From: Dendrobates tinctorius
Lineage: Eukaryota
DNA: 64,000 bases
Assembly (NCBI RefSeq): GCF_039654945.1
Contig: NW_027361870.1
Location: 17,050,001 to 17,114,000, forward strand
Direction of reading: 5' to 3'
The notes under the pieces are model-generated. The model did no database searches. It was given only the letters and a program-made list of their open reading frames with translations, and was not told the origin of the DNA. Position 1 is the first letter of the stretch, and every line of letters starts with the position of its first letter. Both the position numbers and the translations under genes were made by a program. Positions 12,401 to 25,444 of this stretch are shown piece after piece.

Positions 12401-14152
12401 TTAAAGTTAGGGCTTCTTGAAGTTGATGTAAAGCTGTGGTAAGGTCTTGGATATACCTTAAAGAGGTTACCACTACTTTTTAATTCATGAGCAATCCTTA
12501 GGATAGCTCAATGTCTGATCGGTCGGGTCTGACACACCCGTTGATCGGCTGTTATCGAAAGTACTCACTTGCCGAGCTGGCTGTCTACTGGTAGTGGCCG
12601 CCACAGGGCACTACAGATCCGCATCCTATTGATTAAAATAGTAGGGAGATGTGAAGTACCAGGCCTCGGCCACTACCAGAAGATGGAGCAACTCAGCAAA
12701 TGAATACTTCCGGTCGGCAGCCGCCAACGCCGAGTGTCGGACCCCAGCCGATCATATTATCATCAATCAAAAAGTAGTGGACAACCGCTTTAAACAACTA
12801 GCTCAAAATATGTTTTCCCTCAGAGAATACTGAAGTTGATGATCATCATAGTTATATGATCAAAGCTGTTTTCACGATCATTCAAGCTGCAACACCTCAC
12901 AGAAAATAAAGTCAAGGGTAGAAAAAAAGATTTGTTACAAAATAATAGAAAAATCCTTCTATTTAAAAACCGAGAGTGAACATAGTGACCCCAACTACAT
13001 TGACTATAAATGTCCAGGCAGTTCACATTTTACTCCGTAGTGATTGTGCACCCACAGGAGTAGGGAGACTACCCATAGATAAGATAAACATGACAGTGCT
13101 TCCTCCTCCAGACCCGACTTAGTGATTACATAATCGCTGGGTGTAACAAGACCAGGGGCTGTAAGGTTCCAGGAGAATCAGTCAGCTCTGTTATGTAGGT
13201 AGGAGACTGGAATTCCCTCCTGTAACTGAGCTTAATTTACCAGGCCCTGTTACAGGGAAAATCAACAAAAAAAAATAATGAATATGTTCAAATGCCCCCC
13301 AAATGGTCTTTTAAGGGGACACATTATGTAAAAAATGAAAAAATTAAGCAAACCAATACTTAAAAAAAAAAAAAAAAAACAACCAACGTACAAAATCTAA
13401 ATTGGGGGCACAATTAAAAGTTTATTTTTCATAGATGAGAAAAATACACACACTTCCTGTTTTTCTTTACATTTTCTCCCAATATCAGAAAAAATATTCA
13501 AGATTGACAAAAATTAAGTCTTATGTATTATAAAAAAAAGATAAGATATATATATTTTTTTATTTTTTAGAGCTGTTAAAGGCGTTTCTACAAAAAAAAT
13601 CTGAAAATATGCCTGGCCCAGTCCTGATCTGGTTAAAAGGAAACTGTGCTTTCAACATACTTTACATAAATCAAAAGTTCAGGTGAATATAAGAAACTTT
13701 GTAATATGTCTTATCAGAGAAATTAGCTTTCTTCACACTTATCAGACACTTTTTCCTCCCCACCGGCCTCCTGAACGTGTCATCCACTGTGAAAAAACAA
13801 TGCAAATCATTCTTGCTCAGACAACATGGACTACTAACATCCTGTGGCATTATGTGACAGCCTGATATACTCTATGGAGAGGTGAGGAGGAGAGACGAAC
13901 ACAGTGAAAAAACAGGCAGAGGAAGACACAACCAGTGAGTAACATTTTAACAAGACTTTTTCCTCACACCACAGCTAGATTCACATCCACACTGCTCAGT
14001 ACTACTGTAAAATTTCCTAAATTCAGCAGCTGCTACTTTTTTCTATGTGTTAAATAAATGAACAAGCAGGAATCCCTCATGTCTATGTGTACTTTCTATA
14101 GGAAACGTCATAGCATCTAGTATCTGCCTACTATCTCAGAGTCAACGGCAAA

Positions 14153-14820
14153 TGTGTCACACACAGTGTAGGAAAGACTAAGTGCAAACCAAAGGGATAA
14201 GGGGAATGGAACCCAACACTTGAAAAGTGGGAAGCGGAGACCCCTAAGAAGATCTAATGTGACCCTGTCTGCCCTCAGCATCCCTATATAGGTTCTGCAC
14301 CCATCGCCGAGCAGGATACTTAAACCCTGCCTGACCCTGGCAATAAGCCCTGCATAGGAAGGACAGGATGTGCACCAGTTAATCCCCACTACCACTAAAG
14401 ACAGAAGAGGATACACAAACAAGAGGAACAGTTAGCTTGAGTAGACTCCGGGAGAAACACAGACGTCCTCCAGCAGCATCAAAGGGGAAGATAGCTGATT
14501 GCTATAGCTCCAAGCCTCAATAGGGAAATGGAAATATCACTGGCCACTCCCAGCGGCAAGCTAGGAGTTATAAACACCCTGGTACAGATGTGTCAAAGAG
14601 TCGGGAGAAGGTTGCCACTGGGTCCTAGAGTCAGAAGGACCAGGAAGAAGTCTGCAAAGCAAACTGTTGAGACCTTCTGCAGTCAGATGCAGAGCGACAG
14701 TCTGCAGCCTCTGACACACCCAGGACAAAAATCAGAGAAAGAATCCGCACAGTGGGAAAACTGGAGAAAATGCAGTTTACAAGTCAAATAATCGTCAGAT
14801 ATAATGATATGTGTCATGTA
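14153..14820. mobile_element. Probable LTR-retrotransposon solo LTR relic
   Basis: Starts TGTCAC and contains CCCATCGCCGAGCAGGATAC / CCCTGGCAATAAGCCCTGCATAGG, as in frog Gypsy LTRs. The right boundary is uncertain. Confidence 0.4.
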
Positions 14821-15995
14821 CACAGGACAGGTTATTTTAAAAAGTTACTTGAAAGTACAGTTACCCTATAAAAAAAAAAAAAAGGATAAAACGTTAAAAA
14901 ATAAAACTGGTCACAGATGTTTGACCAGGACATGCAAACAATCACTCTTTACAAGTGTACCAATGTGCACTTTTTTGGCCCAAACTCATTAGACCCTCTC
15001 TCTTTTTAATTACCGTATTTTTGCTATTATTTCTTTATGCATATACAACAGGTCTTAGAATAATTTTTTTTTGTTTTTTTAAACCTGATAAAAATGACAT
15101 TGACCTGGGGAATGCACATATAATGTTCAGGTTGCCGGAGTCCCGTTTTCTCTCCAGGTCTCTGAAACCCTGTGTGGGATTAGATGGTACTTCACATGCA
15201 TTAATGGTGTAAACAATTATCCGGTTTCTTCACTACTAACGAGCTTCCTCACATGAAAGGTAGAAGTTTGCCTTCCATTAAGATACCGATGATAAAATGC
15301 AAGTAATAAGACAGAGGCGACTGTAAATATCAGTGACAGGGCTGATAGTGGAGTCCATTTAAGGCTGTTAGTTTATCAAGAAGTTGTCCTGATGAGTCCA
15401 TCTAGTCACTCACGGGTAGAAGTCTAAAGCAACTCTGATCTATTGCGGAAAGAGAGGGGATGATGCGCAAATCTACATGAAGTTCTCACTATAGAAACTC
15501 CAAACTGATTGTTCTAAAGAATCTACTCAGACTAACCCCATTAGTATATGCATCCCCCATCCTGACGATCCAAAAGTATAACAAAAAATATTGGCATCTT
15601 CTATTGCATGCCACATTATGGAGATATGCTCCTACAGAGGTATTGCTCCTTGTTGTGAATATGTTCAATATCTGACACCCCACAATGTGTGACATTGGGG
15701 CTATGAGAACCTTCTTGAGCAGCACAGTCTATATATTCTAACTGCATTCAAATAACAATCATAAAAATAAATTTGTATGAACCCCAAAATCATTTCTAAA
15801 AACACGTCCCGCAAACAAGGCTCTAAACTACTACGTAAATGAGAAAACAAAAAAGTTATGGCTGATAAAATCTTGTAAGGCAGAAAGGATTCTGTGGTCC
15901 CAAATGTCAAAACTGACTCGGTCCTTAACGTTGTTCAGCTTGCACTTGTCATCAGTGACTAATACCAGATCTATACTAAGATTAGGAGGCATCTA

Positions 15996-16848
15996 TAGTT
16001 AGGGCCAGAAATATTTGGACAGTGGCCAAATCTTCACGATTTTGGCTCTGTAAGCCAATATTATGGATTTAAAATGAAACAACGGAAGTGTAGATTTTTT
16101 TTTTTTTACAACGTCTAATCTGTCCTCTCTCTTTTTCAGGCCGATTAATGGTTTGCACCTTGTGGTGAAGCCTCTGTATTTGCTCTCGTTAAGTCTTCTC
16201 TTTATGGTAGACATAGATAGTAAAACACCTACTTCCTAGAGTGTTCTTCACTTGGATGGATGTTGTGACGGGGTTATTCTTCAATATGGAAAGAATCATG
16301 CGATCATCCACCACTGTTGGACGTCCAGGCCTTTCTGATTTTCCTAGCTCAGCAGTGCATTTTTTGGCAGACTGTACCAAACTGTTGATTTGAGCATGCT
16401 TAACATTTTTGCCACCTCTTGGATGGATTTCTTTTTTTAAGCCTCATGATGGTCTGTTTTTTTCCCCTTTAAGAATTCCTTTGACCACATGTTGTGGGTT
16501 CACAGCAACAGCTTCCAATTATAAATGCCAAACCTGGAATCAGCTCCAGACCTTTCACCAGCTTAACTGATGATGGATCAACAAAGGAATAGCCCATGCA
16601 GCCCATTAATGAGCTTTGGAGATAATTGTCCGATTACCTTTGGTCCCTTTGAAAAGGGGCAGCTACATATTAAAGAGCTGTAATTCCAAAACCCTGACTC
16701 CAATTAGGGTGAGAATACCCTGAAATCAAAGCTGAGAGTCTGCACTTTAAGCCTATGTTGATAATATACCTGTACCTTGAATATGTTTTGGTAAACCGCT
16801 AAAATACCAAAACTTGCGTCAGTATCCAGAAATTTTTAGACCTAGCTG
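15996..16848 (-). mobile_element. Internally deleted Tc1-like element
   Basis: TA-flanked imperfect TIRs TAGTTAGGGCCAGAAATATTTGGACA / ATCCAGAAATTTTTAGACCTAGCTG. N-terminal transposase remnants ERPGRP..VVDDRMIL and STIKRRLNESKYRGFTTRCKPLI. Confidence 0.8.
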
Positions 16849-16879
16849 TATGTGACATTTGTCTACAGGACATGTTTAA

Positions 16880-17345
16880 AGGGAAACAGTCACATGAAAA
16901 AACCCTAATAACCTGTAGATATGGGTCAATCTGCAGATTCACAGTATTTTGAACCTGTCCGGTGCCCACAATTAGACCCTCAGGATGAAATAAACTTTAT
17001 TCCTCCTGGTAACCTTTGGTTTTCAGTCAAGGGGGTTGCGCCGGCGCGGGTTCAGTCACCGCTCTGTGTACAGAGCGCGGCAGCGGTAACTGCACCCCCG
17101 GCAATGACTGACAGCTCGCTCAGCATTAGAGGCAGCTGTCAGTCAGTGCCAGGGGCGCAGTTGCAGCCACCACTCATTGTACACAGAGCAGTGACTGAAC
17201 TTGCACCGGCGCTGACCCCGTGACGGAAACTCAAACGTTAACCGGGATGAATTAAGTTCAATTCCTCCTGGCACATGGCAAGTTCAGAATTCAGGTTCAA
17301 AATTAACCGCACATATGTAGTTTTTTTTCATATCACAGGTTACCT
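16880..17345. mobile_element. TTAA-target MITE (T2/Kolobok-like)
   Basis: TTAA|AGGGAAACAGTCAC ... CACAGGTTACCT|TTAA, with an internal palindrome. Confidence 0.65.
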
Positions 17346-18998
17346 TTAATAAAGTCAATTTAATTCAGTAAAAAGGCAGCAAAAACACTGCAGAATTGAC
17401 ATGCTGAAGTTCTTTAGAAAAAGCAGCAGTTTTCCAATTCAGTCCGGAAAAAAAAGCAATCGTGTGTATGACATTTCTGAAATCTCATATCTTTGTTAGC
17501 ATTGTAAAAAAGTAGCTTTTAATTTGCAGAAAAAATGCTGCAAAAAAAGCAACGTGTGAACATAGCCTAACCGTCAGGGACGCAGAGCGCTGTCAGCCTG
17601 CATACAGAAAATACACTATGAGAAACAATTCAGAAGCTGCTGTATTATACTCAACCTGGAATAAAAGGCATGAAACCACTGCTTGTCATAAGTCGGAGCC
17701 AGTGACCCATAGAATCGTACATTTTGCTGCTGACTATCAGACTGCACGGTGAATTAGAGGGTGAACGCTTGAGGTGACACCGTCTCCCTAGGTCCTGGTA
17801 ACAGTATGTACAGCTACTCAATACAATTTATCTCGGATTTACTTTCCAAATGTTTTCTACTTTTCACCACTTTTTAACAACTGACTGACATTATTTTATT
17901 AGCTACAAACTGGCTACTTGAGACAACGCGAGCTGGAGTACAACCTTCCCTAAAAAAAGAGAGACCTGCAATACAAGTCACCAACTGAAGAGAGAGACTG
18001 CCCTGGAACTTTATGGTGATAGATACACACGCCGTCATTATCGTAAAAAAAAAAAAAATATCACAAAAACAGCGCTGGGTATAGGCAAGCGAGCAGATGT
18101 GCACGCGTCATCAAGTAAAATCCAACATCTGTCAGTCAGTTCAAGTTTTCAATGGGTAATCAAACTTTTCAAAAAGTTTTGATATTTCATAGCCAATATT
18201 TAGTAATAGGACTCAGAGTTCTGATTACAACTCAGTTTATCCTCAATGCGTGAGCAGAACTGTACACTCACTTTTCCTTTAAGGGAATCTGTCAGCAGGA
18301 TTTTGCTATATAATCTGACAGCAGCATAAAGTAGGCACAAATACCCTGATTCCAGTGATCACTTAGTTTACTGGGTGCAGCAGTTGTGATAGAATCCGTT
18401 TTCTCTGCTGCAGATCTAGCAGAGCTCTGAAGGCTGAGCCCTGTATAACCCATCCACATTACTGATTGGCAGCGTTCTGTGTACATTGTATAGCGAAAGA
18501 GAGATGCTAACAGTGCTAGGTTGAACTAGGATGCATGAGGCCAGTTGTCTCCTAGTATTAATCTCCTGCTGATAAAACACTGATTGTAATAAAACAGCAA
18601 GACACAGCCCAGTAAGTGACAAATCCCTGGAATCAGGGTCTCTGCTATCATCACAGCTGACACCCGGCACTATGTGTCATGTGCGGTCACGGACCGCCCC
18701 CGACACATTAACCCCTGGCACACTGCGATCAAACACGATCGCAGTGTACCGCGGGTTTAGGGAAGCATCGCCAGGGAGGGGGCTCTCTCCATGCCTCCCT
18801 GAGCCCCCCGGAGCAGAGGGATGTGCTGCGCTGCTCCGGGGGCCTCCTTCCCAGCAGGTCCCTGGATACAATATGGCGGCGGGGATCTTCGGGGGCATGA
18901 GGAAGCCTGCTTCAATGCCTGTGTCAGATCGCTGATCTGTCACAGCGATCTGTGATGTGACAGATCAGTGATCTGTCACATGACAGTGATGTCCCCCC

Positions 18999-19144
18999 NN
19001 NNNNNNNNNNNNNNNNNNNNNNNNNNNNNNNNNNNNNNNNNNNNNNNNNNNNNNNNNNNNNNNNNNNNNNNNNNNNNNNNNNNNNNNNNNNNNNNNNNNN
19101 NNNNNNNNNNNNNNNNNNNNNNNNNNNNNNNNNNNNNNNNNNNN
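18999..19144. other. Assembly gap (N run)
   Basis: N characters. Confidence 1.
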
Positions 19145-19971
19145 TTTGGAAAAGGAAAAAAATAAATAAAAGTACACATATTTGGTATCACCACGTCCGT
19201 AACGACCCGCCCTATAAAACTGTCCCATTAGTTAACCCCTTTATTGAACCCATTAAAAAATTTAAAAAAGCAAAAAATAATGCTTTATTATCATACCGCT
19301 GATCAAAAAGTGCAATAATGCGCGATCAAAAAGCCGAATATAAATAATCGTGTTACCGCTGAAAATGTCATCTTGTCACGCAAAAAATGAGCCGCCACAC
19401 AGCATCATCAGCAAAAAAATAAAAAAGTTATAGCTCGCAGAATAAAGCGATGCAAAAATAATTATTTTTTATATAAAATTGTTTTCATTGCATAAAAGCG
19501 CCAAAACATTAAAAAACTACATAAATGAGGTATCGCTGTAACCGTACTAACCTGAATAATAAAACTGCCTTATTAATTTTACCGCACGCGGAACGGTGTA
19601 AACGCACCCCCCAAAAGAAATTCATGAAATGCTGGTTTTTGTTCATTCTGCGTCCCAAAAATCAGAATAAAAAGCGATCAAAAAATGTCATGCGCCCAAA
19701 AATGGTACCAATAAAAACGTCAACTCGTCCCACAAAAAATAAGACCTTACATGACTCGGTGGGTCAAAATATGGAAAAATTATAGCTCTCAATATGTGGT
19801 GATGCAAAAACTATTTTTACAATAAAAAGCGTCTTTTAGCGTATGACAGTTGCCAAACATAAAAACCGCCATAAATAGGAAATCAAACCTCCCCCCCCCC
19901 CCCCGTTATCACCCCCTTAGTTAGGGAAAAATAATAAAATTAAAAAAATGTATTTATTTCCATTTTCCCAG

Positions 19972-20038
19972 TAGGGTTAGGGCTAGGGTTAGGGCTGAGA
20001 TTAGGGTTAGGGGTGTGTTGGGGTTAGGGTTGGAGTTA
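19972..20038 (+). repeat. Degenerate TTAGGG telomere-like repeats inside the transposon
   Basis: TAGGGTTAGGGCTAGGGTTAGGGCTGAGATTAGGGTTAGGGG...GGGTTAGGGTTGGAGTTA. Confidence 0.8.
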
Positions 20039-20191
20039 TAATTGGGGGTTTCCACTGTTTGGGCACATCAGGGGCTCTCCAAATGCAACATGGCGTCTGA
20101 TCTCAATTCCAGCCAATTCTGAGTTGAAAAAGTCAAATGGTGCTCCTTCCCTTCCAAGCTCTGCCATGCGCCCAAACAGTGTTTTACCCCC

Positions 20192-21299
20192 TGTGAGGTA
20201 GCGCTGTCATTTAAGTAGGGGATCACTCGCTTGGCAGCCACAAAATCAGATCCGGCACAGGTTTTCCATAAACCAGTATAGTCCATGCGGTTTATTAAAC
20301 ATCATAAACCATGACCAGCAATATATAAACGGCATAGCGTCCATGACAGAGCTTCACTCTGTTAGCAATGTCCAATACGCAGGCTTTTCAGCCTCACAGT
20401 TATATCTCACCCCGTCAGGGTTCTCTCATGGCTTCTTCTCCATACGGCAGACATTCATTCCCTCCAGGGAACTCTCAGGCACTTGCAGCCATTACTCACA
20501 GTGTCCACAAGTGCTGTCAGGCAGGAAGCCCCATCTCAGCGGGACCTTCCACACTGGACCAACCGGGTCCAAGCATTCACCCCCTGTGACCTACCCTGGC
20601 CACATTATATGGTTCATAGCCACGCCCACCGGGTCACATGACTGACCTCATCACAGGTCCTTCAAGCATTTACACACTCTTTCCAACAGTGCTTTAAACA
20701 CACCCCCTGGGTGGGTTTGTAGGTAACCAGGCCTGTCCATCTCTCTAGTTACCTGGAGACTTCTCCCTAAGGCTGTGTGCACACGCTGCGGATTAGGTGC
20801 GGATTCATCCGCGCGGATTTTGTAAAATCCGCAGGTCAAAATACTTGCGGTTTTACCTGCGGATTGCTCTGCGGTTTTGCCCTGCGGTTTTTTATCTCCT
20901 CAATGGAGGAGATGGCAAACCGCAGGGGAATCCGCAGAAAGAATTGACATGTCAATTCTTTCTGCGGATTGAAAACCGCAGATAATCCGCGCGGAAAATT
21001 CCGCACCATCTGCACTGCGGTTTTTGATTCCCATAGGGAATCATGGTACTGTACACCGCAGCTAAAACTGCTGCGGGTCCGCAGCGGCCGGAACCGCAGC
21101 AAAATCCGCAGCGTGTGCACACAGCCTTACACATTGAAACAACACCTCAGCAATATCATTGCTGAACAACACATAAGTCTCCATCCCAAAGCCACCCACT
21201 TTGGGATACATAACAGCCATTCCGTATTCTGCCATTCATCCTTTCTCCTGGGACATCCACACAGCGCCCCCTAGCGGACTCTGTGGTTACTACACCACA
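20192..21299. mobile_element. Solo LTR (TG...CA) nested in the piggyBac-like element
   Basis: Ends TGTGAGGTAG ... CTACACCACA; 4-bp TSD CCCC/CCTC. The host motif TTACCCCC|ACATATGGGG is interrupted. Confidence 0.7.
20771..21126. mobile_element. PIF/Harbinger MITE (CCGCAG/TGCGG-rich)
   Basis: TAA|GGCTGTGTGCACACGCTGCGG ... CCGCAGCGTGTGCACACAGCC|TTA. Confidence 0.85.
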
Positions 21300-22437
21300 C
21301 CTCACATATGGGGTATCAGCCTACTCAGGACAAATTGCAAAATAACTTTTGGGGTCCAATTTCTCCTTGTACCCGTGGGAAAATAAAAAAATTGGGGACT
21401 AAAAGATCATGTTTGTGGAAAAAATATGATTTTTTATTTTCATGCCCGGGCGTTATAAACTTCTGTGAAGCCCTTGTGGGTTCAAAGTGCTCAACACACA
21501 TCTAGATAAGTTCCTTGGGGGGTCTAGTTTCCAAAATGGGGTCACTTGTGGGGGGTTTCCACTGTTTAGGCACATCAGGGGCTCTCCAAACGTGACATGG
21601 TGTCCGATCTCAATTCCAGCCAATTTTGCATTGAAAAAGTCATACGTTGCTCCTTCCCTTCTGAGCTCTGCCATGAGCCAAAACAGTGGGTCCCCCCACA
21701 TATCAGGTATCAGCGTACTCAGGACAAATTGCACAATAACTTTTGCAGTCCTACTTCTCCTGTTACCCTTGGTAAAATAAAAAAAAATTGGACCTGAAGT
21801 AATTTTTTTTGTGAAAAAAAGTTAAATGTTCATTTTTTTTTTTTTTTTTAAACATTCAAAAAATTCCTGTGAAGCACCTGAAGGGTTAATAAACTTCTTG
21901 AATCTGGTTTTGAGCACCTTGAGGGGTGCTGTTTTTAGAATTGTGTCAATTTTGGGTATTTTCTATCATATAGACCCCTCAAAGTGACTTCAAATGTGAT
22001 GTGGTCCGTAAAAATAAAATGGTGTTGTAAAAATGAGAAATCGCTGGTCGACTTTTAACCCTTATAACTTCCTAAAAAAAAAAATTTGGGTTCCAAAATT
22101 GTGCTGATGTAAAGTAAACATATGGGAAATGTTACTTATTAAGTTTTTTGTGTAACATATCTCTGTGATTTAAGGGCATAAAAACTCAAGTTGGAAAACT
22201 GCAAAATTTTCAAAATTTTCGCCAAATTTTCGTTTTTTTCACAAATAAACGCAAGTTATATGAATGAAATTTTGCCACTAACATGAAGTACAATATGTCA
22301 CGAGAAAACAGTGTCAGAATCACCAAGATCCATGGAAGCGTTTCAGAGTTATTACCTCATAAAGGGGCAGTGGTCAGAATTGTAAAAATTGACCCGGTCA
22401 TTAACATGCAAACCACCCTTGGGGGTTAAGGGGTTAA

Positions 22438-22740
22438 ACAAATGGATTCACCAAAATGAGTTATTTTATGTTTTTAGATGTCATAATTCCACTTCTAGGG
22501 AATACACATACTACTCTGAAGTCCACAAGACTTCTTCTTGTATAGATTTGATTTTGTGCGATGTCTTCACACTAAAGAAGTTTATAAACATAAATATTTT
22601 GGAGAAAACATTTTCAGACCATTGTCCGGTCATTGGAGAAATCCGGCTAGGTCCACGTATCGAAAACACTTTCTTATGGAGATGCAGCCCTACTATTTTA
22701 AAAATCCTTGAGTACAAAAAAAAAAAATGGATTTTAAATT
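22438..22740 (+). pseudogene. L1/Tx1-type LINE endonuclease fragment
   Basis: Encodes REYTYYSEVHKTSSCIDLIL...FSDHCPV...WR, matching the APE endonuclease motifs SRID and SDH. Confidence 0.75.
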
Positions 22741-23190
22741 AGAATACAAAAAAGAAAAAGAAACAGGATTTTTTAAATTCAACCCATCTTTTGGATAAAG
22801 TAGTTCCTACATGTACTCAACGTGCGTGTAGAAGAATAAATACCATGCGAATAGAAGAATGAAAATGTTAATGAAAACATTTAAAATGTACTGGCCTTAC
22901 TGTTACAATGAAAAAACAATGGTATCACTACTGATAATGTGCATGTCTCAATGAGCCCTTGCATCAAAGGGAAACGGCGCCCCTTATGGTGTACTTGAAG
23001 TGGTGCAAAAGTAAACGTTTGTCTTCAGTTTCATTGTAATTTTGGGTCAAGACAGTTCATGAAGTTTCTTCCCTCCCAATTATTACACCATCGTCTGTGA
23101 GTGGGATTAATGAAAAGTGGAAGGAACCGCAGCAACTCAGCCAAAAAGTTATAGACTGAGGTCACCAAGAGGTGAAGAGCAGACTTCTTA

Positions 23191-23568
23191 GGCTGTGTGC
23201 ACACGCTGCGGATTCCGCTGCGTTTCCGCAGCGGTTTTGGCCGCTGCGGACCCGCAGCAGTTTTAGCTGCGGTGTACAGTACCATTCAAATGAATGGTAA
23301 AAAAAAACCGCTGTGCCGACGCTGCGGAAAAATCCGCGCGGATTTGCTGCGGTTTTGAATCCGCAGAAAGAATTGCATGTCAATTCTTTCTGCGGAAACC
23401 GCTGCGGGTTCCTATCTCCACCATTGTGGAGATAGTGAATCCGCAGGACCAAACCGCAGGCAAAACCGCAGATAATCCGCAGGTCTTTTGACCTGCGGAT
23501 TATCTGCGGTTTTTGCAAAATCCCTGCGGATTAATCCGCAGCGGATTCCGCAGCGTGTGCACGTACCC
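23191..23568. mobile_element. PIF/Harbinger MITE, same family as 20771-21126, opposite orientation, inside a decayed Tc1
   Basis: TTA|GGCTGTGTGCACACGCTGCGG ... CGCAGCGTGTGCACGTACCC|TTA. Confidence 0.85.
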
Positions 23569-24261
23569 TTAAAGTCGTCAACATTTTGCTGACTCAACTT
23601 CAGAATCCAAATCTCACCTAGCATTAATACCAGCATGAAAACGGTGCCCTCACCAAGAGCTCCATGGGGTGGGTTACCATAGCCAAGCTAATTCAAGTAT
23701 GCCTTACATCACCAAGCACGATACAAGTCGTTATCTAGAGAGGTGTAAAGCCACCACTGGACTCTGAAGGAGTGGAAACGTGTTCTCTGGAGTAATGGAT
23801 CACATTTCTCTATCTGGCAATTTTGTGGAGGTGTGGACATGGTAAATTTCAAACTGACTGCATGTTAGTGGCTTGGTGCCAACCATAAAGTTTAGTGGAG
23901 AAGGGATAATGCTATGCGGTTGTGTCTCGGGGATCGGCCATGACCCTTAGTTCAAGTGAAGGGAAATCTTAACACTTCAAGATATTTTGGACAATTGTAA
24001 CTTCCAGCTTTGTGGGAATAGTTTGAGAAAGGCCCTGTTCTGTTCCTGCATGACTGCGCCCCGGTGCAAAAGGCTAAGTCCATCAAGGCATTGTTGGGCG
24101 AGCTTGGTGTGTAAGGACCTGACCGGCTGCACAGAGCTCTGACCTCAACCTCATCCGACACCTATGTGATGAAATACAATGGAGCTTGCAAGCCAGGACT
24201 TCTCATCCAACATCAGTGTCTGACCTCACAAACGCTGTTCTTTTTATTATTATTACTATTA

Positions 24262-24505
24262 TTGCTTTGCTTACACAGCATTATCATATTCCATAACGTT
24301 TCACAAACATTATCATCTCTATCCCCATTAGGGCTCACAATCTAAAGTCCCTATCAGTAGGTGTTTGGAGTGTGGAAAGAAACCAAAGAATGTGGAGGAA
24401 ACTCACGAAAACCCGGGGAGAACATACAAACTACTTGCAGATGTCGCCCTTGGTGGGACTTGATCCCAGAACCAAACCAACAGTATTAACCACTGAGCCA
24501 CCATG
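24262..24505 (-). mobile_element. Older copy of the tRNA-derived SINE
   Basis: Homologous to 10311-10551 (GGGGAGAACATACAAACT...CCACTGAGCCACCATGC). Confidence 0.75.
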
Positions 24506-24612
24506 CTCTTATGAATTGAATGGCAAAAAATTCCCCAACCAACAAAATGTTGTCCAAAACCTTCCCAGAATAATGGAAGCTTTTGTACCTGCACAGTAGG
24601 TAGCCTTATTAA

Positions 24613-25444
24613 AGGGATTCTGTCACCCCCAGGACTTATATGACCTATTAATATGGGCATACAGGTAATAGAGATGTTACACTGGTCCTACCTGAATGCC
24701 TAATAATAATGGTGTTGTTGCTGAAAAATGTTATATTCTGTCTTTATGCTAATGATTTCTTCAAGGCTCCGAGGCGTGTGGTGCTGTAAGAAATTCCTGC
24801 CTCCTCTCCTCATTAAAATACTATGCCCTCCCATCAGCGTCAGTTACGACCCCTGAATCCCGCTCCTGCGCCCCCTCAGAAATACATACCTCATCCTCCC
24901 TTCTGTTGGCGCTGCATTCAGGGATCTTCTGCTCAGGCACCGGCAAGTCACTGTAACCTCAGGTGTGCGTGCTGATTAGGTGCTCTCCCCACTTCCTTCC
25001 TGCACAGTCATCTCTAGGAACCATGTGTACATAGGGATGACTACGCAGGGGGGAAGTGGGGAGAGCACCTTATCGGCGAGCACACCGGAGGTCACTGGAG
25101 CAGAAGTTGCCAGCGCCTGCGCAGAAGATCCCTGAATGCAGTGCCCACAGAAGGATTGATGAGGTGTGTATTTCTGAGACAGTGCAGGGCGCAGGTGCGA
25201 GATTCCCGGGCCGTAACTGACACCGATGGGGGGGTAGGATTACCATGAGGAGAGGAGGCAGGGACTTCTTTCAGGCACCGCACGCCCCAGATCATGGAAG
25301 AAAGCAAAGAGAAAGAACATAACATTTCTCCACAACAAGAACATTAATATGAGGCATACAGGTAGGACTAGGGTACCATTTCTATCACCTGTATGCCCAC
25401 AGTAATGGGTCATATACATCCCGGGGTGGGGTGACACATTCCCT
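24613..25444. mobile_element. TTAA-target MITE (T2/Kolobok-like) with long imperfect inverted arms
   Basis: TTAA|AGGGATTCTGTCACCCC ... GGGGTGACACATTCCCT|TTAA; the interior is fold-back. Confidence 0.75.

Larger units (their letters stand above)
18650..22433. mobile_element. Large non-autonomous piggyBac-like element (left end unclear) containing a gap and nested insertions
   Basis: Right end AAGGGG|TTAA at 22433. Has internal duplicated blocks (20045-20190 vs 21550-21700) and similarity to 56881-58752. Confidence 0.6.
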
